A stretch of 64,000 nt of DNA from Picochlorum sp. SENEW3 (Eukaryota): positions 1,178,001 to 1,242,000 of the forward strand of contig CP120453.1 of the NCBI GenBank assembly GCA_034226945.1, in the 5' to 3' direction. Of the stretch, positions 47,240 through 59,705 are shown in pieces. The position numbers and the translations under genes are program-made. How positions within the stretch are numbered: the stretch's first letter is position 1; each line of letters opens with the position of its first letter. Under the pieces are notes generated by a model, which made no database searches, was not told where the DNA came from, and saw nothing but the letters and a program-made list of their open reading frames with translations.

Positions 47240-48583
47240 TTGCTGAATCTCGACTTGGGTCGTCGTGGGTACCCCGTCCAGAACGTGCAGGGTTTGCCAT
47301 TCGATGTTTCAATGGATGCATCTATAAATACATATTTGGTATGGGATTTGCTTTGCTCGAATCATGCATTCAAACTTGAATCAGATGCCGAGTTGAGTGG
47401 AGTGTTGTCCTTGGTAGAGTGTGGAGCTATCAGCAGGGCTGCTCTCAAACGCCTGTTTCTCCACCATAAACGGACAATGCCATATACGTTTTTGGAAGAT
47501 GGGGAGATGTTGGAGAATAAAACAGTCAAGGGTTTGAAGGCGATGGCAAAAGGTATTCGAATTTCTGGGTACTCGACAATGAGCAAGAATGTACTTATTC
47601 TTTCCCTCAAACCATTCGAAAAGACACTCACGTATATGCCTGCTGAGGCAATTGGACAAGTGAGGAGATATCGGAAGCATTTGAAAAGCGTGAAGCGGTT
47701 GGAGGATCTTGTGGGTAAAAAAACTGTAGCATCATTGACTTGGCTGCAAGACTCGGAGACTCCATATTACATGATGCTTCGCAGAGATCAGATCTCGCCG
47801 GACGACACATTTGAGGATAGATTGTTGAAGGATATTTATGATGATAAAAATGAGCATAGGATGCCAAAGACGCACTGTATGAATGCGTTTTGTCTGTCTG
47901 GTCCTGAGATGGATGGGCTGCCAGTGAGGACCTACAAGACAGCACCCAACCCTCATTCGGCGATGTATCCTATGAAATTATACCTCTTAGAGCCTGTTTT
48001 AAAGCTTGCTATTAAAAAGTTTGGGAGTTGGGAAAAGTTTTTGGATGCGAGGGTCAAGAAAAGTGATAGGAGGGAACAGAGGCGTTTAGAGTTGCAGGAT
48101 AGAATTGCCAAGCGTACGAAAGATCTCGCCGACGCATGTGCAGCAAGAGGATTATCGATGCATGAATATATGTGTAGACGTGATGTTCATGGGTTTTTGA
48201 ATGCTAAAAGAGGATTTGAGACACTGAATGCCCATGGGATTGCTGATGCAATTGTGAAACAAAATGCAGAGAAGGAGGCAAGGGCTCGGCGAGTCCTATC
48301 CCTCCGACGAGTGATTCTACCTCCACGTAGTATGGCAGGATACCCATCTGTAGGTACAATGTTGGGAAAGAGATCTCGGAGCCCTACCGAAGCCACACCA
48401 AGCAGGGGTATTTTGACCAATCAGAAACAAGGACCAACGTCTCTAGAGCACCTGGCCAAAGAGCTCAATCCTGACGGCGTGTTGATTTATACGTGTGAAT
48501 GTGGATATTCGTCTGGACTGAAAAAGATGCTTGCGCATCGAAGTGGAGCTCATAGAACGGCAAACATAAGATCAGGCTTGTAA
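47240..48583 (+). CDS. Hypothetical nucleic-acid-binding protein: HEH/Rho-N-like motif + XPA C-terminal-like domain + C2H2-like finger
   Basis: 447-codon ORF, first ATG ~47312. KTVKGLKAMAKGIRISGYSTMSKNVLI; PKTHCMNAFCL...NPH...PMKLYLLEPVLKLAIKKFGSWE; YTCECG-x-H-x-H. Confidence 0.7.
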   Translation: MLNLDLGRRGYPVQNVQGLPFDVSMDASINTYLVWDLLCSNHAFKLESDAELSGVLSLVECGAISRAALKRLFLHHKRTMPYTFLEDGEMLENKTVKGLKAMAKGIRISGYSTMSKNVLILSLKPFEKTLTYMPAEAIGQVRRYRKHLKSVKRLEDLVGKKTVASLTWLQDSETPYYMMLRRDQISPDDTFEDRLLKDIYDDKNEHRMPKTHCMNAFCLSGPEMDGLPVRTYKTAPNPHSAMYPMKLYLLEPVLKLAIKKFGSWEKFLDARVKKSDRREQRRLELQDRIAKRTKDLADACAARGLSMHEYMCRRDVHGFLNAKRGFETLNAHGIADAIVKQNAEKEARARRVLSLRRVILPPRSMAGYPSVGTMLGKRSRSPTEATPSRGILTNQKQGPTSLEHLAKELNPDGVLIYTCECGYSSGLKKMLAHRSGAHRTANIRSGL

Positions 48584-48732
48584 GTATGACCTCTTGTACA
48601 CATCTGAAGAAACATTTCAAGCATGTATACACACAGTTGCCTTTATTTTTTACGCATGATGTAATACTATGTTACGATTCGTTTGATACGAAGGCTGCGA
48701 TTCGATACTGGCATTCGTTCATCAGGTATTGA

Positions 48733-49380
48733 TCAGCGCTCTTTCTCCATACCATGATGAGCTGGAATGAGCCATTCCGTGTCGTCATTCAAATCTATAC
48801 CACTGATATCTGCTCCACTGTCGATCAATACTTTGACATGCTCATGACTCCTTCGAACAGCAGCGAACGATAAAGATGTTGCTCCATTGGCTAATTTGGC
48901 ATGAACATCTGCACCAGCATCTATCAGAGTTTGCATACTCTCTATACTCCCATGCCAAGCAACACCCATCAAAGCGGTCCACCCATCTTTATTTCTTACA
49001 TCTACATCTGCTCCGGAATCGATCAGCAGAGGAATGAATTTCTCATCCCCATACAATGCTGCAAGCATCAATGCTGTCTGACCATCATCATCTTTTGCAT
49101 TCACATCTGCTCCACGACTAATCAATACACGGACACACTGCATATGCCTATGAACCACTGACAGTATCAACGCTGTCTCTCCATCGGAATTCCTACCGTT
49201 GATATCCGCACCGCAATCAATCAATGTCTGCAGCTGTTCTACAGTGCCATGTGTGGCAGCATACATCAGCAATGTCATCCCACCCTCATCAGCGCCATGA
49301 ACATCTCCATTAGGATTGACTGATGGTCTATCAGAATTTGCCATGTCCAGAGAATCATCAGCCCATACGAGGCCTCCCAT
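48733..49380 (-). CDS. Small ankyrin-repeat protein
   Basis: Five canonical repeats (G.TAL..A...G....LID.GADVN). Start chosen at MGGLVW; the ORF's upstream extension looks non-coding. Confidence 0.85.
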   Translation of the reverse strand: MGGLVWADDSLDMANSDRPSVNPNGDVHGADEGGMTLLMYAATHGTVEQLQTLIDCGADINGRNSDGETALILSVVHRHMQCVRVLISRGADVNAKDDDGQTALMLAALYGDEKFIPLLIDSGADVDVRNKDGWTALMGVAWHGSIESMQTLIDAGADVHAKLANGATSLSFAAVRRSHEHVKVLIDSGADISGIDLNDDTEWLIPAHHGMEKER

Positions 49381-49999
49381 GATTGTGTTATTTCGAAAAG
49401 AACACACTGCACACATGGAGTTTTGCTTATTATCAAACAGCAGTGTAATCATGGCATCAAAATAATACAGTACTACTATGCAGATATAAATAATGACGAA
49501 AATATCAATCAAAAACCAGGAAATCCTACCAAATCGCACCCAACGTGAAAGAAACGAGATGCATCTGTTTAAAGTTTGTCGTTTCAAAACCGCAACAAAT
49601 AAAACGCACCGTTTTCGATTCAGCGACACTATCCCCACTAGTATCGAATACCTATAGCGTTATAATTTAGTAAAATAAGATGATAAAATTCCACCATCGA
49701 GACAGCAACTAAACTCGATTGCGGAAATCTGGTCAACGAGATTGGGGCGCCCATGCAATTGAATTCAATCTTCGAAGATCTCTAACGTTAGAGATCTCTA
49801 AAGGCAGTTGAAAAGCCGCGACCAACAACACCGATCCATCACACTATACTCTGCCCTGGAAAATATATCTAGGTACCACAGAATTCATAGCCTTGACAGT
49901 CGAAGCAAAGAATCGCTGGAGAAACCCTCCAACTTTCAGAAGAGTTTCTCGAGTTACGCAAATTTCATAATGCCTGCATTCTTATCGTAAAGAGCGAGG

Positions 50000-51296
50000 A
50001 TGGTGCCTTTTAAGGAATGGATATATACTGTAATTCATCTGTCAGTATGGGCAGAGGTTGGTGTTATCACCAGAGCGTATTTGCAAAAGTTTTTTGTGTT
50101 GGGTTGTGGAGGAACCAGCTGGGGGCCTTGCCTGGCAGGTATGCTTCACGATATATAGCATTGTTTGTGGTCTGTATTGTTACACAATATACGTATACGC
50201 ATATGCAGGGGGTGTGTATTTTGAGGTGCTGCCACCGAATATTCTAGGCAGTTTCATTATTGGGATGGTGGCCACATCCAGCATGGTTGGGTTGGATGAG
50301 GACAAGTCGATTGTTTTTCTGGGGCGAAATCATCCGTGGCAATCAAATATACCTTTACAGACTGGTATTCGAACAGGATTATGCGGTAGTATTACGACGT
50401 TTAGTTCTTGGATGCTTGAAGTGATGACGACGTGTTTGGATGGCAATCAATGGTTGACTGGGATTGGACAGATGATTGTGGGATTTTCCTGTGCTGTGGT
50501 TGCATTTGCTCTAGGGACTCAAGTTGCTGTGCTTTTGCATCATCATTTCAGCGCATCTCCTATTGAAGATGATAAAATTGCGTATATGGAGAAGGAAGCC
50601 GATTATATGTTTGGATTATCGTCACGGGAAAGTGTGGGTGTGTCTAGAGAATTGGAAGAGGTGGAGCCGGATGTACCAGAGACTGGGAGATTGAGTCAGT
50701 CTGAGAGGAGGCAGTCTGACTACCAGCGTTATCGTAGCCAGGAATATGCACACAATGATGAAGAAGATGAAAAGAACGAAACCGTAACAGAGAAGAAGAA
50801 AACTGTATGGAATGCGCATGTGATTGATCACTGTGCATCTGTGCTCCTGGTTGCATTGACACTTGGCTCGTGTTTTGGAGTGGCCTATGAGACCAGGCAT
50901 ACATGGATACGGACAATCTGGTTGTCAATTATATTTGCTCCGTTTGGATGCATCTTGAGATGGTTGTTGTCAAAGTTGAACTACAAGCTTGCGAATGATT
51001 GGGAATGGCTTCCCATTGGTACCCTGGCAGCAAACTGGACAGGGGCTGTATTGGATTTCGTGCTTCAGTCGGTGCTTATTCGTGTTGCACCTGGATATTG
51101 GGGAAGTCTTATAATTAATGCAATAGAAACTGGTTTCTGTGGATGTTTGACGACGGTGTCTACCCTGGTAGCTGAAATTATGAAGCAGGCAGAGCAGTTG
51201 CCATTTTCGATGCGGGTCTATCGGTATACTCTTGCAACATTTGTGGGAGCGTTCATTTTTGGTCTATGCTTTCTCGGTTGGGCATATTGGACTTGA
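50000..51296 (+). CDS. FEX1: Fluoride export protein (FEX, tandem CrcB/Fluc domains); exons 50000-50138, 50209-51296
   Basis: Exon 1 (different frame from the ORF track) gives HLSVWAEVGVITRAYLQKFF. GLCGSITTFSS, APFGCILRW, GTLAAN, GFCGCLTTVST. Confidence 0.93.
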
Positions 51297-51302
51297 TTCT
51301 AT

Positions 51303-53394
51303 TCATTTTATTAATTTCTCAAGTAACGTCGAACCATTCAAAATGCTTGTCGTGGCAATCATAATGTTGCAGTGTACTTTGCCCTTGGTGGACAGGAATC
51401 TGAGTGTAGAGATTTCTGCCTGTGTCACACCTCCAACAAACACCAACAATACATTCCTCTTCTTACTGGTCTGCTTGGAATCAGAGCCTTGCGTGCTAGT
51501 AGTCGATGCTTCGATATCGTCTGGAAAGCCATAATCATTGACACGCTGCTGGACTATCATGGTAGCATGTCCTGCATCATCTCGAGTACTCCACCCCTCT
51601 GTACTGCAAGCTTTTTGCATCATCCTGGAACTCATAGGAGCATACCCAGCATATGCATAATGCACGTCTTCTGGATTCTCACAATCAGCGGGATTCCCAT
51701 CCGCAACAAGCAGCCCCATGCTGCTCTTTGCTTTGGAAAAGAAGCTTCTCTTCCTCTCCTCCTTCTTATACAACAGTCGAGCCATTTGAAGAGCATGAAT
51801 CGATGCCACATGCTCAAATCCATAGGTATTGATTAAATCCTTCCTCAATATATCATACTCTTTCTTCGGAATGCCTTCATTCACAGCACAGTACAGACAC
51901 ATGAGTCTCAGAACAGAAAACACATCATCACCCTTGTACATTCTATCATACACCAAGTTCATATCCACGTCATCATCTAAAATATCTGCTTCTATCTTTT
52001 GTCGAGCAGTAAACCCAGACGACTGCATGATACCACCAAGTTTCTCCAGCAATGATGTATGAAGAGGCATGCGCGAAAACTTTTCCCGCAAATCAGACAC
52101 AAAACCCTTCAACGCAGCAACATCTGCCCCTGCCATCTCGCTATCTCGAAATTTTTGAATCTCTTTCAAGGTCGAATTTACCCACACACGTGCTCCACTG
52201 TAAAACATATCACCAATCTCTCGAAATATTGGATCCGTCTCAGTCAAACCAGAAACCTTGCGAGAGTCCCCCTTGCCCCGAATTTGACCATACTCGAGCC
52301 CCAACAGCTCATCCAACAACCCAGCGTATGTCAACTGTGTACACATGGGGGTCACCATATCCACCGTCCTATCCATGAGGATAATATCGTCCAACCCATC
52401 CGCAGCAGATGCTGGTACATTCTTCCCAGCTTCCCGCCGCATCCGACCCAACATTGTTGCAATCCTACAACTCCACTCTCCTTTTGCTTGAACACGACTC
52501 GTACTCCCAAACATTTCTTGCAACTGATATAGAGCATGCGCTATCCCGTACAAACACCCTGGATTCGACTCCACCATCAACTCTTTCAACACATCATGCA
52601 TTTCGAGCGACACCACATCCCGTGAAAGAGGCACCCAAGAATACGGAATATGAAGAAACCTTGTATCACCTTTCAAACCTTCCTCCTCAAACATAATCTC
52701 CGCCATCTATTATTATCATATTATGAATATGCGAGGCAAACAAAAATTATATGAATGAAAGTTCAACAACAAGAGATGAAGAGATGCATATATATGCCAT
52801 CACAAAAAAAAACACACCTGCATATGCCGTGGCATCAACACAACATACAACTCCACATTCTGATTCGCCTTGAAAGACATGGACGCATGCTTGCATGCCC
52901 GATGAATAGACCCAATCTCAGCATGCGTCAAATACACAACCCTCCCAATCCCCTTTTCTCCATACAATGCTGTGATGCCCTCATCCAACTCTGTTGTACA
53001 AAACCTGTACACACACATCATGTTGTTATTATTACACTATGAAGGATACATATACCCACCACCAACATCATCATTATCATGATGACATGATCAATATCAG
53101 AAAACCACGCACATGTCCACCCCATGCTCCTTCAACACAGTCGCCTCAGCAACAAGCCCCAAAGGCTGAATAAAATATGGCTCCAACACAAGAGCCTTTG
53201 ACCCACGAATCTACACCATGCATACCAATTATCAAATAGAGATATGAAACCATCCATGGATATAGAAATAAACAACCCACCGAGTCAAGGGTTCCGAGAA
53301 TGGCCTTTCGAAATTCAGCCCTGCACATGTCAAATCCAAACACCGCAGCGTCATCCTCTGCCTTCCAACCCATCCTATACTCAAGAGTACTCAT
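51303..53394 (-). CDS. VPS33: Vacuolar protein sorting 33 (Sec1/Munc18 family); exons 53394-53281, 53210-53113, 53004-52818, 52706-51303
   Basis: Spliced LDS-IRGSKALVLE...LKEHGVD; DVVSLE, MDRTVDMVTPMCTQLTYAGLLDE, YAYAGYAPMS, VFVGGVTQAEI. Confidence 0.92.
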
Positions 53395-53596
53395 ACCGTA
53401 ATCTTTTCGTTGTAAACTCAGTCGCATCCATTATGCTGGGTCAGCAAAAAAGATATCGCTGTTGTTGTTCAAGTACAACAAGACTTTCGTCTTGTCCTCA
53501 CTCGAAGTATTCGTTCGTTCGTTCGTCTTTATCGATTCGTAAATCCGATATACCCTAAATCTGCTAATAATTTATATATATTTACTAACAATAATA

Positions 53597-54286
53597 TCAC
53601 TTTTTTTGCAGCAGCAATAACGAATCCACAAAGTTTTGAACAATCTTCTTCCCATCCTGGGTAATAATACTCTCTGGATGAAACTGCACCCCCTGGATAT
53701 TTGGATACTCTCTATGCCGAACTGCCATGATTGTCCCATCATCACACCACGCCGTAATCTCCAATTCATCTGGACACGTCTCTCTATCAATCACCAGACT
53801 ATGATACCTGGCAGCTTGGAACGGATTGGGCAGACCCTCCAGCACCCCTGTATTTGTGTGATGTACTAGAGACATTTTCCCATGAACCACCCCCGCTGGA
53901 GCTCGAATAACACGCCCACCAAACGCCTGACCAATACATTGATGCCCCATGCATACCCCAAACACTGGCACACGCTCCCGCCCCATGGCCTCGACAATCT
54001 CCAAGGATATCCCAGACTCTTCAGGGCACCCAGGGCCAGGAGACACCAGCACTCCGCAGGGCTTCATAGCCCTGATTTCTTCAACTGTCTTTGCATCATT
54101 CGGGAATACGACGTATTCACCTCCACAATCGCTAATGTATTGGCATAAATTGTAGGTAAAACTGTCATAATTGTCGACGACGACGATTGGATTCTGAATT
54201 TTTCCAGTCTGGTTGGTTGCCGACCTGCAGATGACATGCCTGTTTGTCCGTGTTTTTGGAGAACTATATACTGCAACATTTGTCAT
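53597..54286 (-). CDS. ASB1: Anthranilate synthase beta subunit (glutamine amidotransferase), plastid
   Basis: VDNYDSFTYNL, SPGPG, GVCMGHQ, RYHSL, GVQFHPES. Confidence 0.95.
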   Translation of the reverse strand: MTNVAVYSSPKTRTNRHVICRSATNQTGKIQNPIVVVDNYDSFTYNLCQYISDCGGEYVVFPNDAKTVEEIRAMKPCGVLVSPGPGCPEESGISLEIVEAMGRERVPVFGVCMGHQCIGQAFGGRVIRAPAGVVHGKMSLVHHTNTGVLEGLPNPFQAARYHSLVIDRETCPDELEITAWCDDGTIMAVRHREYPNIQGVQFHPESIITQDGKKIVQNFVDSLLLLQKK

Positions 54287-54746
54287 AATAATACCAGTGA
54301 GATGGGTTGCTGTGCAATGTGTCTTCGTGCCAATTATTATTCGTTCAACGTACTCGACTGTGGTGTCAATGTGTATCGGCGTGGCGCATGGAGAGTCGCC
54401 ATGATGATTCCTGCTAACTAGGTAATGAAATGGATTTTAATGTGAAATGGAGGGAGTGCATGGGCTGTGTTGTTCATGCATCCTGAGCCGCTCTCTCTTT
54501 TTTATATACGAACAATGGGGTGTGGCTGCTGCATGGGGGGAGGTTTCAAGGTGTTGTGATTTTCGTATGGCTCATACCATGTCTTTGTTGTGATTGATTC
54601 AATCATCTATACCTGTATATGTATAGTGATTGTCAGAAATACGGAATACTACTAGTAGAGTCTTTCTCCTGAAAGGAAAAAAGAAAAAAAGCAAACCTGG
54701 TCCTTCCTCTTACAGCGTGTGTGCTCTCATTCATGTCCGCATCATC

Positions 54747-56349
54747 ATGGAGCATGCCATTGCGGAACAAGTCGTTTCAGAGGCTCTTGAGTATACAATG
54801 CGCTGTATTAAACAGACGGTAGACCAATGCCCGCAGTTTACTGATGTGAAGCATGTGCAGCAGCAAGAGATCAAGGTGTGCTTGTGTCTGTGATACGCAT
54901 TGATGTATTTCTTTCATAATGTCATGAATATATTGGCGTAGGGTATATTGGAGGAATGTGTTCGATTGGATATGATGGTACAAAGAGATGAGCAGTATGC
55001 TCGGAGGATGGAGACAACCATGCATGGATTGTTGGTCAAGGTGGGGGAGGTTGTGGCTAATGTGAATTCTTCCAGCCTCTTGTATACTGCCATTCAGGGA
55101 ATGCACCAAGATGCAACGATACAGCTAGAGAAATCTACAAAGATGAAAAATTCTCTGGGGAAGAGTAATGCAAAGGTTGAGCGGGATATTGATGTGGTAG
55201 AGTCTCATGTGTCTGTACTAGAGGACAGGATACAGAGTGCCATGCGTCAACATCGATGGCAGCAAGGGCAGATACGGCACGTTGAGGAGCAATTGAATAG
55301 TAGAATTTCACGTATACCTCGATTGATGGATAGCATCCGAGAGATTGATGAGGCCATCCATGTAGAAGAGGATCGAATACAGGATTGCTCTCAGTCGTTG
55401 CTCCCTCTTGCACACAGCATGATTGTGCATGCGCAACAGGAAGAGGGCGTGTGGGATGCAAAGAATAGAAAGTACGCTGCGCAGATTGACAGGACCATGA
55501 GGGAATTGAATGAGATGCGATTGTATATTCATCAGATACGAAGAGGTTTGGAGGAGCAAATCATCCATAGACAAGACATGAAGAGTACAGAACCTTCTTC
55601 TTCGATTGAAAATCAGCAACAGTGTGAATATGCAATCGATCGATTATATGAGATGTTGAAGGAAAAAACAGAGAAGATACAGTCTCGAACAGAGGACATG
55701 GCGTATAGTCGGATGGTTGTCTCTCATGGCATTCAGCAGTTGGATCAAGCTATAGCCGAGGTTGAGCGCAAGTACGTGTGTCCATCTCTCCATTTCGCGT
55801 TTTTCTTCTCATTTTTACCAGTCACAAGCACACACACGCACCTATAGATTTATACATGAATCATCACAACTACCGTCTTGTTGAATTCTGTTCAGGATGA
55901 ATGCTGGGAAGGGTGTATTATTGCAGCTGGAGCGGGAATATGAATGCATCTGCAGAGACAACAACATCATGCATGCCTTTTGTATGTCCCTCTCTGCCAC
56001 CCAGTCAGATACGAGAGATGAAGACAGCATGCAAGAGCGAAAAAATATCTTACAAGACAATATTCGTCATCTAAAAGAGGATATCGTTCGGATAGAGAAC
56101 ACCATGTACGATAGACTGCTCCAGTATCAATCACTTCAGGATGCTGCACAGGATGCATCAAACACCACAGGCACACAGGTGAAAGAAGAGAATGTTCCCA
56201 AAACAAAAACTTCAGTCAATCGAATGACAAAGAAGATTCAGTACATTGCTCGAATAGATGCCAAGGAAGCACGTGCAGTACAGCGACGACTGCCACGCCT
56301 GGTATCATCAATGGTCTCTCGGATTGGCAGCAACGCTACCCAGTTGTAA
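54747..56349 (+). CDS. Coiled-coil protein of unknown function; exons 54747-54875, 54942-55771, 55896-56349
   Basis: Three ORFs joined in frame by GT-AG introns; E/Q/R-rich heptad character; TGTAA overlaps the stop. Confidence 0.6.
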
Positions 56350-56360
56350 TACGTTTATTA

Positions 56361-56845
56361 TCAATCCTTTGCTTCATTTTCGCAAGCATCAATCCACTCA
56401 CTGCAGATTCACATGGAGAGTAAGAGGAAGAAAGATCATCATAATGACGCTGTTGCAAACTCACCTGTACACATCTATTGGCTCTGACAGAGCATGAATC
56501 TCACAGGCCCTACACACATCACATGACATATTATGAGTCATCTTCTATTATCAAACCCCTCACACAAACATACTGATGCCCACGCACCATTCTTCTCCAC
56601 ACACAGCACACACAACTTTCCCAACCTTGACCTTTTTGTCCAAGTCGCAGTGAACACTCTTCTCTGCACAGCATGGACCATTACGTATACAAAAAAATGT
56701 AAGAAAAATCATTCTATGAATGAATAAGCGCATCAGAATCGATATGCAACGTACCAGCGTTGCAAAAGGGACACGTGAATGCCGTGTCTAGCTTTGGCCT
56801 AACCTTTTTTGCAGGCGACTTGGTCTTGGCTTTCCGCTTCGCCAT
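56361..56845 (-). CDS. ELF1: Transcription elongation factor 1 (ELF1/ELOF1); exons 56845-56755, 56663-56588, 56509-56465, 56400-56361
   Basis: Manual splice gives [83 protein letters not shown]. Not in the ORF track. Confidence 0.95.
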
Positions 56846-57201
56846 ACTCTATGGATTTTCAATTGACTATCAAGTACTATTGCAGAGGATGGCGGTAGTT
56901 TTTTTGAAGCATCAGGGAGGTCTACCGAATTTCAAGCATCCCTGACAGATCTCTATTCTAAGAGATCTTTGATAATTTGTTTGGGATTTGTTTGGATTGA
57001 GGCAGTACTGAATTGCGACGATGGCAGTATTTTTGTATTATTTTTTCCACAATGAGACTGGCGTGATCCGAATCCTTGATCGGTCAAGGGCAACCAGGTT
57101 GTATCAAATTATCCACAAAGTAATTCTTCTTGATAGGTTGACTCTTGAACCAATTTTCAACAAACATTGCTCTGTGGGATAGCATTCAAAATTTTAAACC
57201 G

Positions 57202-58731
57202 ATGATGATTGGCTGCATAGTTCGTCGGCGACCAACAGGCCAGGGTTTTCTTCTCCGTCAGGAGAGGTATTGGGCAAGTCAAGGGGCATCGTCTGCGACG
57301 GAATTGGCGGGTCTAGCCGTACATATATATGCAGAAGAGGAGAAGAGGAGCGAAAGAGGTCCTATGGCAGCGTATGAGGAGCTTATAACCACTGGGCAAC
57401 TTCGCCAGGATGCCCGACAACAAGCAACTGTTGCTGCCCTGCAGAGAGTGTACACTGATTTGGTGTCTCAGCGGGCTGCAGGGAAGAGTGGTAGGACGAC
57501 GTCCTCAGGCTTGACGTTAGTGGAAGCTCGACGAGGAGAAAATAAAGCGGAGATGGGTTGGTGGAAGAGCATATTCTCGTCCAATGATAGTGCAGCACAG
57601 AAGCGGCAGCAGGAGGCTGTCAAGGGCTTGTACATGTATGGAGGAGTTGGGTGTGGCAAAACGATGCTGATGGATATGTTTGCAACATCTGTTCCCCGTG
57701 ATATGAATGTACGCTGTTATCAGTAAATCTAATGCTGATGTTGAATGAGCTGACGTGAACATTGTCTTCTGCAGATGGAAAGGATTCACTTTCATGATTT
57801 CATGCTGGAAGTGCATGAACTGTTGCAAGAGCATCGGGAGACGGCCGATCCGCTTTCCCTTGTCGCCAAAGATATCGCATCGAAATCAAAACTGCTATGT
57901 TTAGATGAACTTTTCGTCAATGATATTGCGGATGCAACAATATTGCATAGATTATTTGATCAGCTGTGGTCCAAGAATGTCACCCTTGTTGCAACATCAA
58001 ACAGGCACCCAGATGCTCTGTATGAAGGTGGATTGCAGCGACAGCTTTTCCTACCTTTTATCGATACATTGAAGAAAGAATGTGTGATTCATGATATGGA
58101 TTCTGAACGGGACTACAGAAAACTTGCCCATCATGCTTCTGGACTTTATTTCATATCAGATCAGAGAGAGTCTGAATTAGAGAGTCGTTTTATCGAACTC
58201 GCAAACAAAAATCCTATAGAACCAATGGTTATAGAAGTAGAAATGGGAAGGCGTTTAAACATAGGTCGAGTAGGAGGCTGCATTGCGTACGCCACGTTTG
58301 CTGAGCTCTGTGATCAACCTCTCGGGGCTGCAGATTACATGGCACTCAGCCATGCCAAGCACACTCTGGCTCTCTCTGGGGTACCAATATTTGATGCCAA
58401 GTCGAAAACATCAGCATATCGATTCGTTACCTTGATTGATATCTTGTACGAAAATAAAGTTCGACTCTTGTGTTCCGCAGAGGGAAGCCCAGAAGAAATA
58501 TTTGCTCATGTGCAGACATACTCTGAGAGTAAGTCTGGAACAGCAGACGACGAGGATTCGGTCGTGGATGATAACTTGGGATTTGTCAAAGATAGGACAA
58601 TAAGTAGATTGATTGAAATGCAGAGTAATGAGTATCTCGTGGCTCATGCCTCTCGCCATGCTCCTGAACTGATCCTTGCTCTCAAGGAAGAAAAAGAAGC
58701 ACGATCTAGAGCACGGTACGCGAAGCGATAA
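57202..58731 (+). CDS. AFG1: AFG1/ZapE-family ATPase (LACE1), mitochondrial; intron 57709-57774
   Basis: GLYMYGGVGCGKTMLMD, RIHFHDFM, LCLDE, ATSNRHPDALYEGGLQR, RFVTLIDILYE, RTISRLIEMQS. Confidence 0.94.
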
Positions 58732-58815
58732 TCACATTCCTCTGTATCGCATATCCATGTATACATTGAAATTAAATAATAATTTTATCTTTATCAAATG
58801 ATATACTACTATTCG

Positions 58816-59705
58816 TCATACGAGCCCGTCATCTTCCAGCACATCAGCTTCATATGGGACATCAGTATCATCATGATACAATGATGAGCCATACCGACTA
58901 TCATCATCTTCATACTGATCACGATGGCGATACTTTCTCGAGCCTACAGTCCTTTTCTTCACCACTGGCACATGATTCGTTCCAGGAATGTGATGCGTAT
59001 ACATGGCTGCGTACAACAAGGGATCATCTCCTGCCGCACCTCCTCCTGCGGATGATTTCTTTTTGGGGGCATGTACCCGTGGGGGCGACACGGGTTTGGA
59101 AGGCTTCTTTGCTGCTACGGATATTTGCTTATGTAGTTTCTTGTATTTCCCCATCCATATTTTCAACTCCTTTGCCAATGCCTGATTATTCTTTGCCTTC
59201 TCCTTCACATCTGCCAGACATGTTTGCTCTCGCTCCCTAGCATCCGATACATCCGTGTTGAGCATCACAACTTGGTTCTTCACCTGTGCTAATTCATCTT
59301 TTGTCGTTTCTAGAATAGAGTTACAAAACCGCTGCTCACGAGATGCCGTATTGGCCTTCTCCTCCTGCTCCACCAGGACAACCTTGTTTGACGCCATCTC
59401 TTGATACACATCCGACGTCTTCTTTTCTACGAAATCATAAGATATATTTTTATATGAGTATTCAATCAGTGTTGAAGATGGGCCGATCGATCCAGCAGAT
59501 ACTTGACAAAAAGAGAAAACAAACCTTGGGCATTCAGCTGCTCCCATAATTCATGATGCGCATGCTTTGCGCCTCTAAGAAGGATCGATAGCGTTATACA
59601 TGAAACAATCAGTCCAAAAATGATGCCACATACTAGCAAGTAGCACACATATCGCAGCAAACCACCCGAATTTTTGCCAGATTTCTTCTTCGGAGGGGCT
59701 CCCAT
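58816..59705 (-). CDS. Type II membrane coiled-coil protein of unknown function; intron 59524-59427
   Basis: Basic N-terminus, one TM segment (YVCYLLVCGIIFGLIVSCITLSILL), then coiled coil; in-frame splice. Confidence 0.6.

Noticed and set aside
46440..49800. Transposon carrying the XPA-like and ankyrin genes
   Set aside because: No transposase, terminal inverted repeats or target-site duplication seen; kept only as an accessory block.
50058..50208. ORF-track N-terminus of FEX
   Set aside because: Wrong frame and intronic; the real TM1 is in exon 50000-50138.
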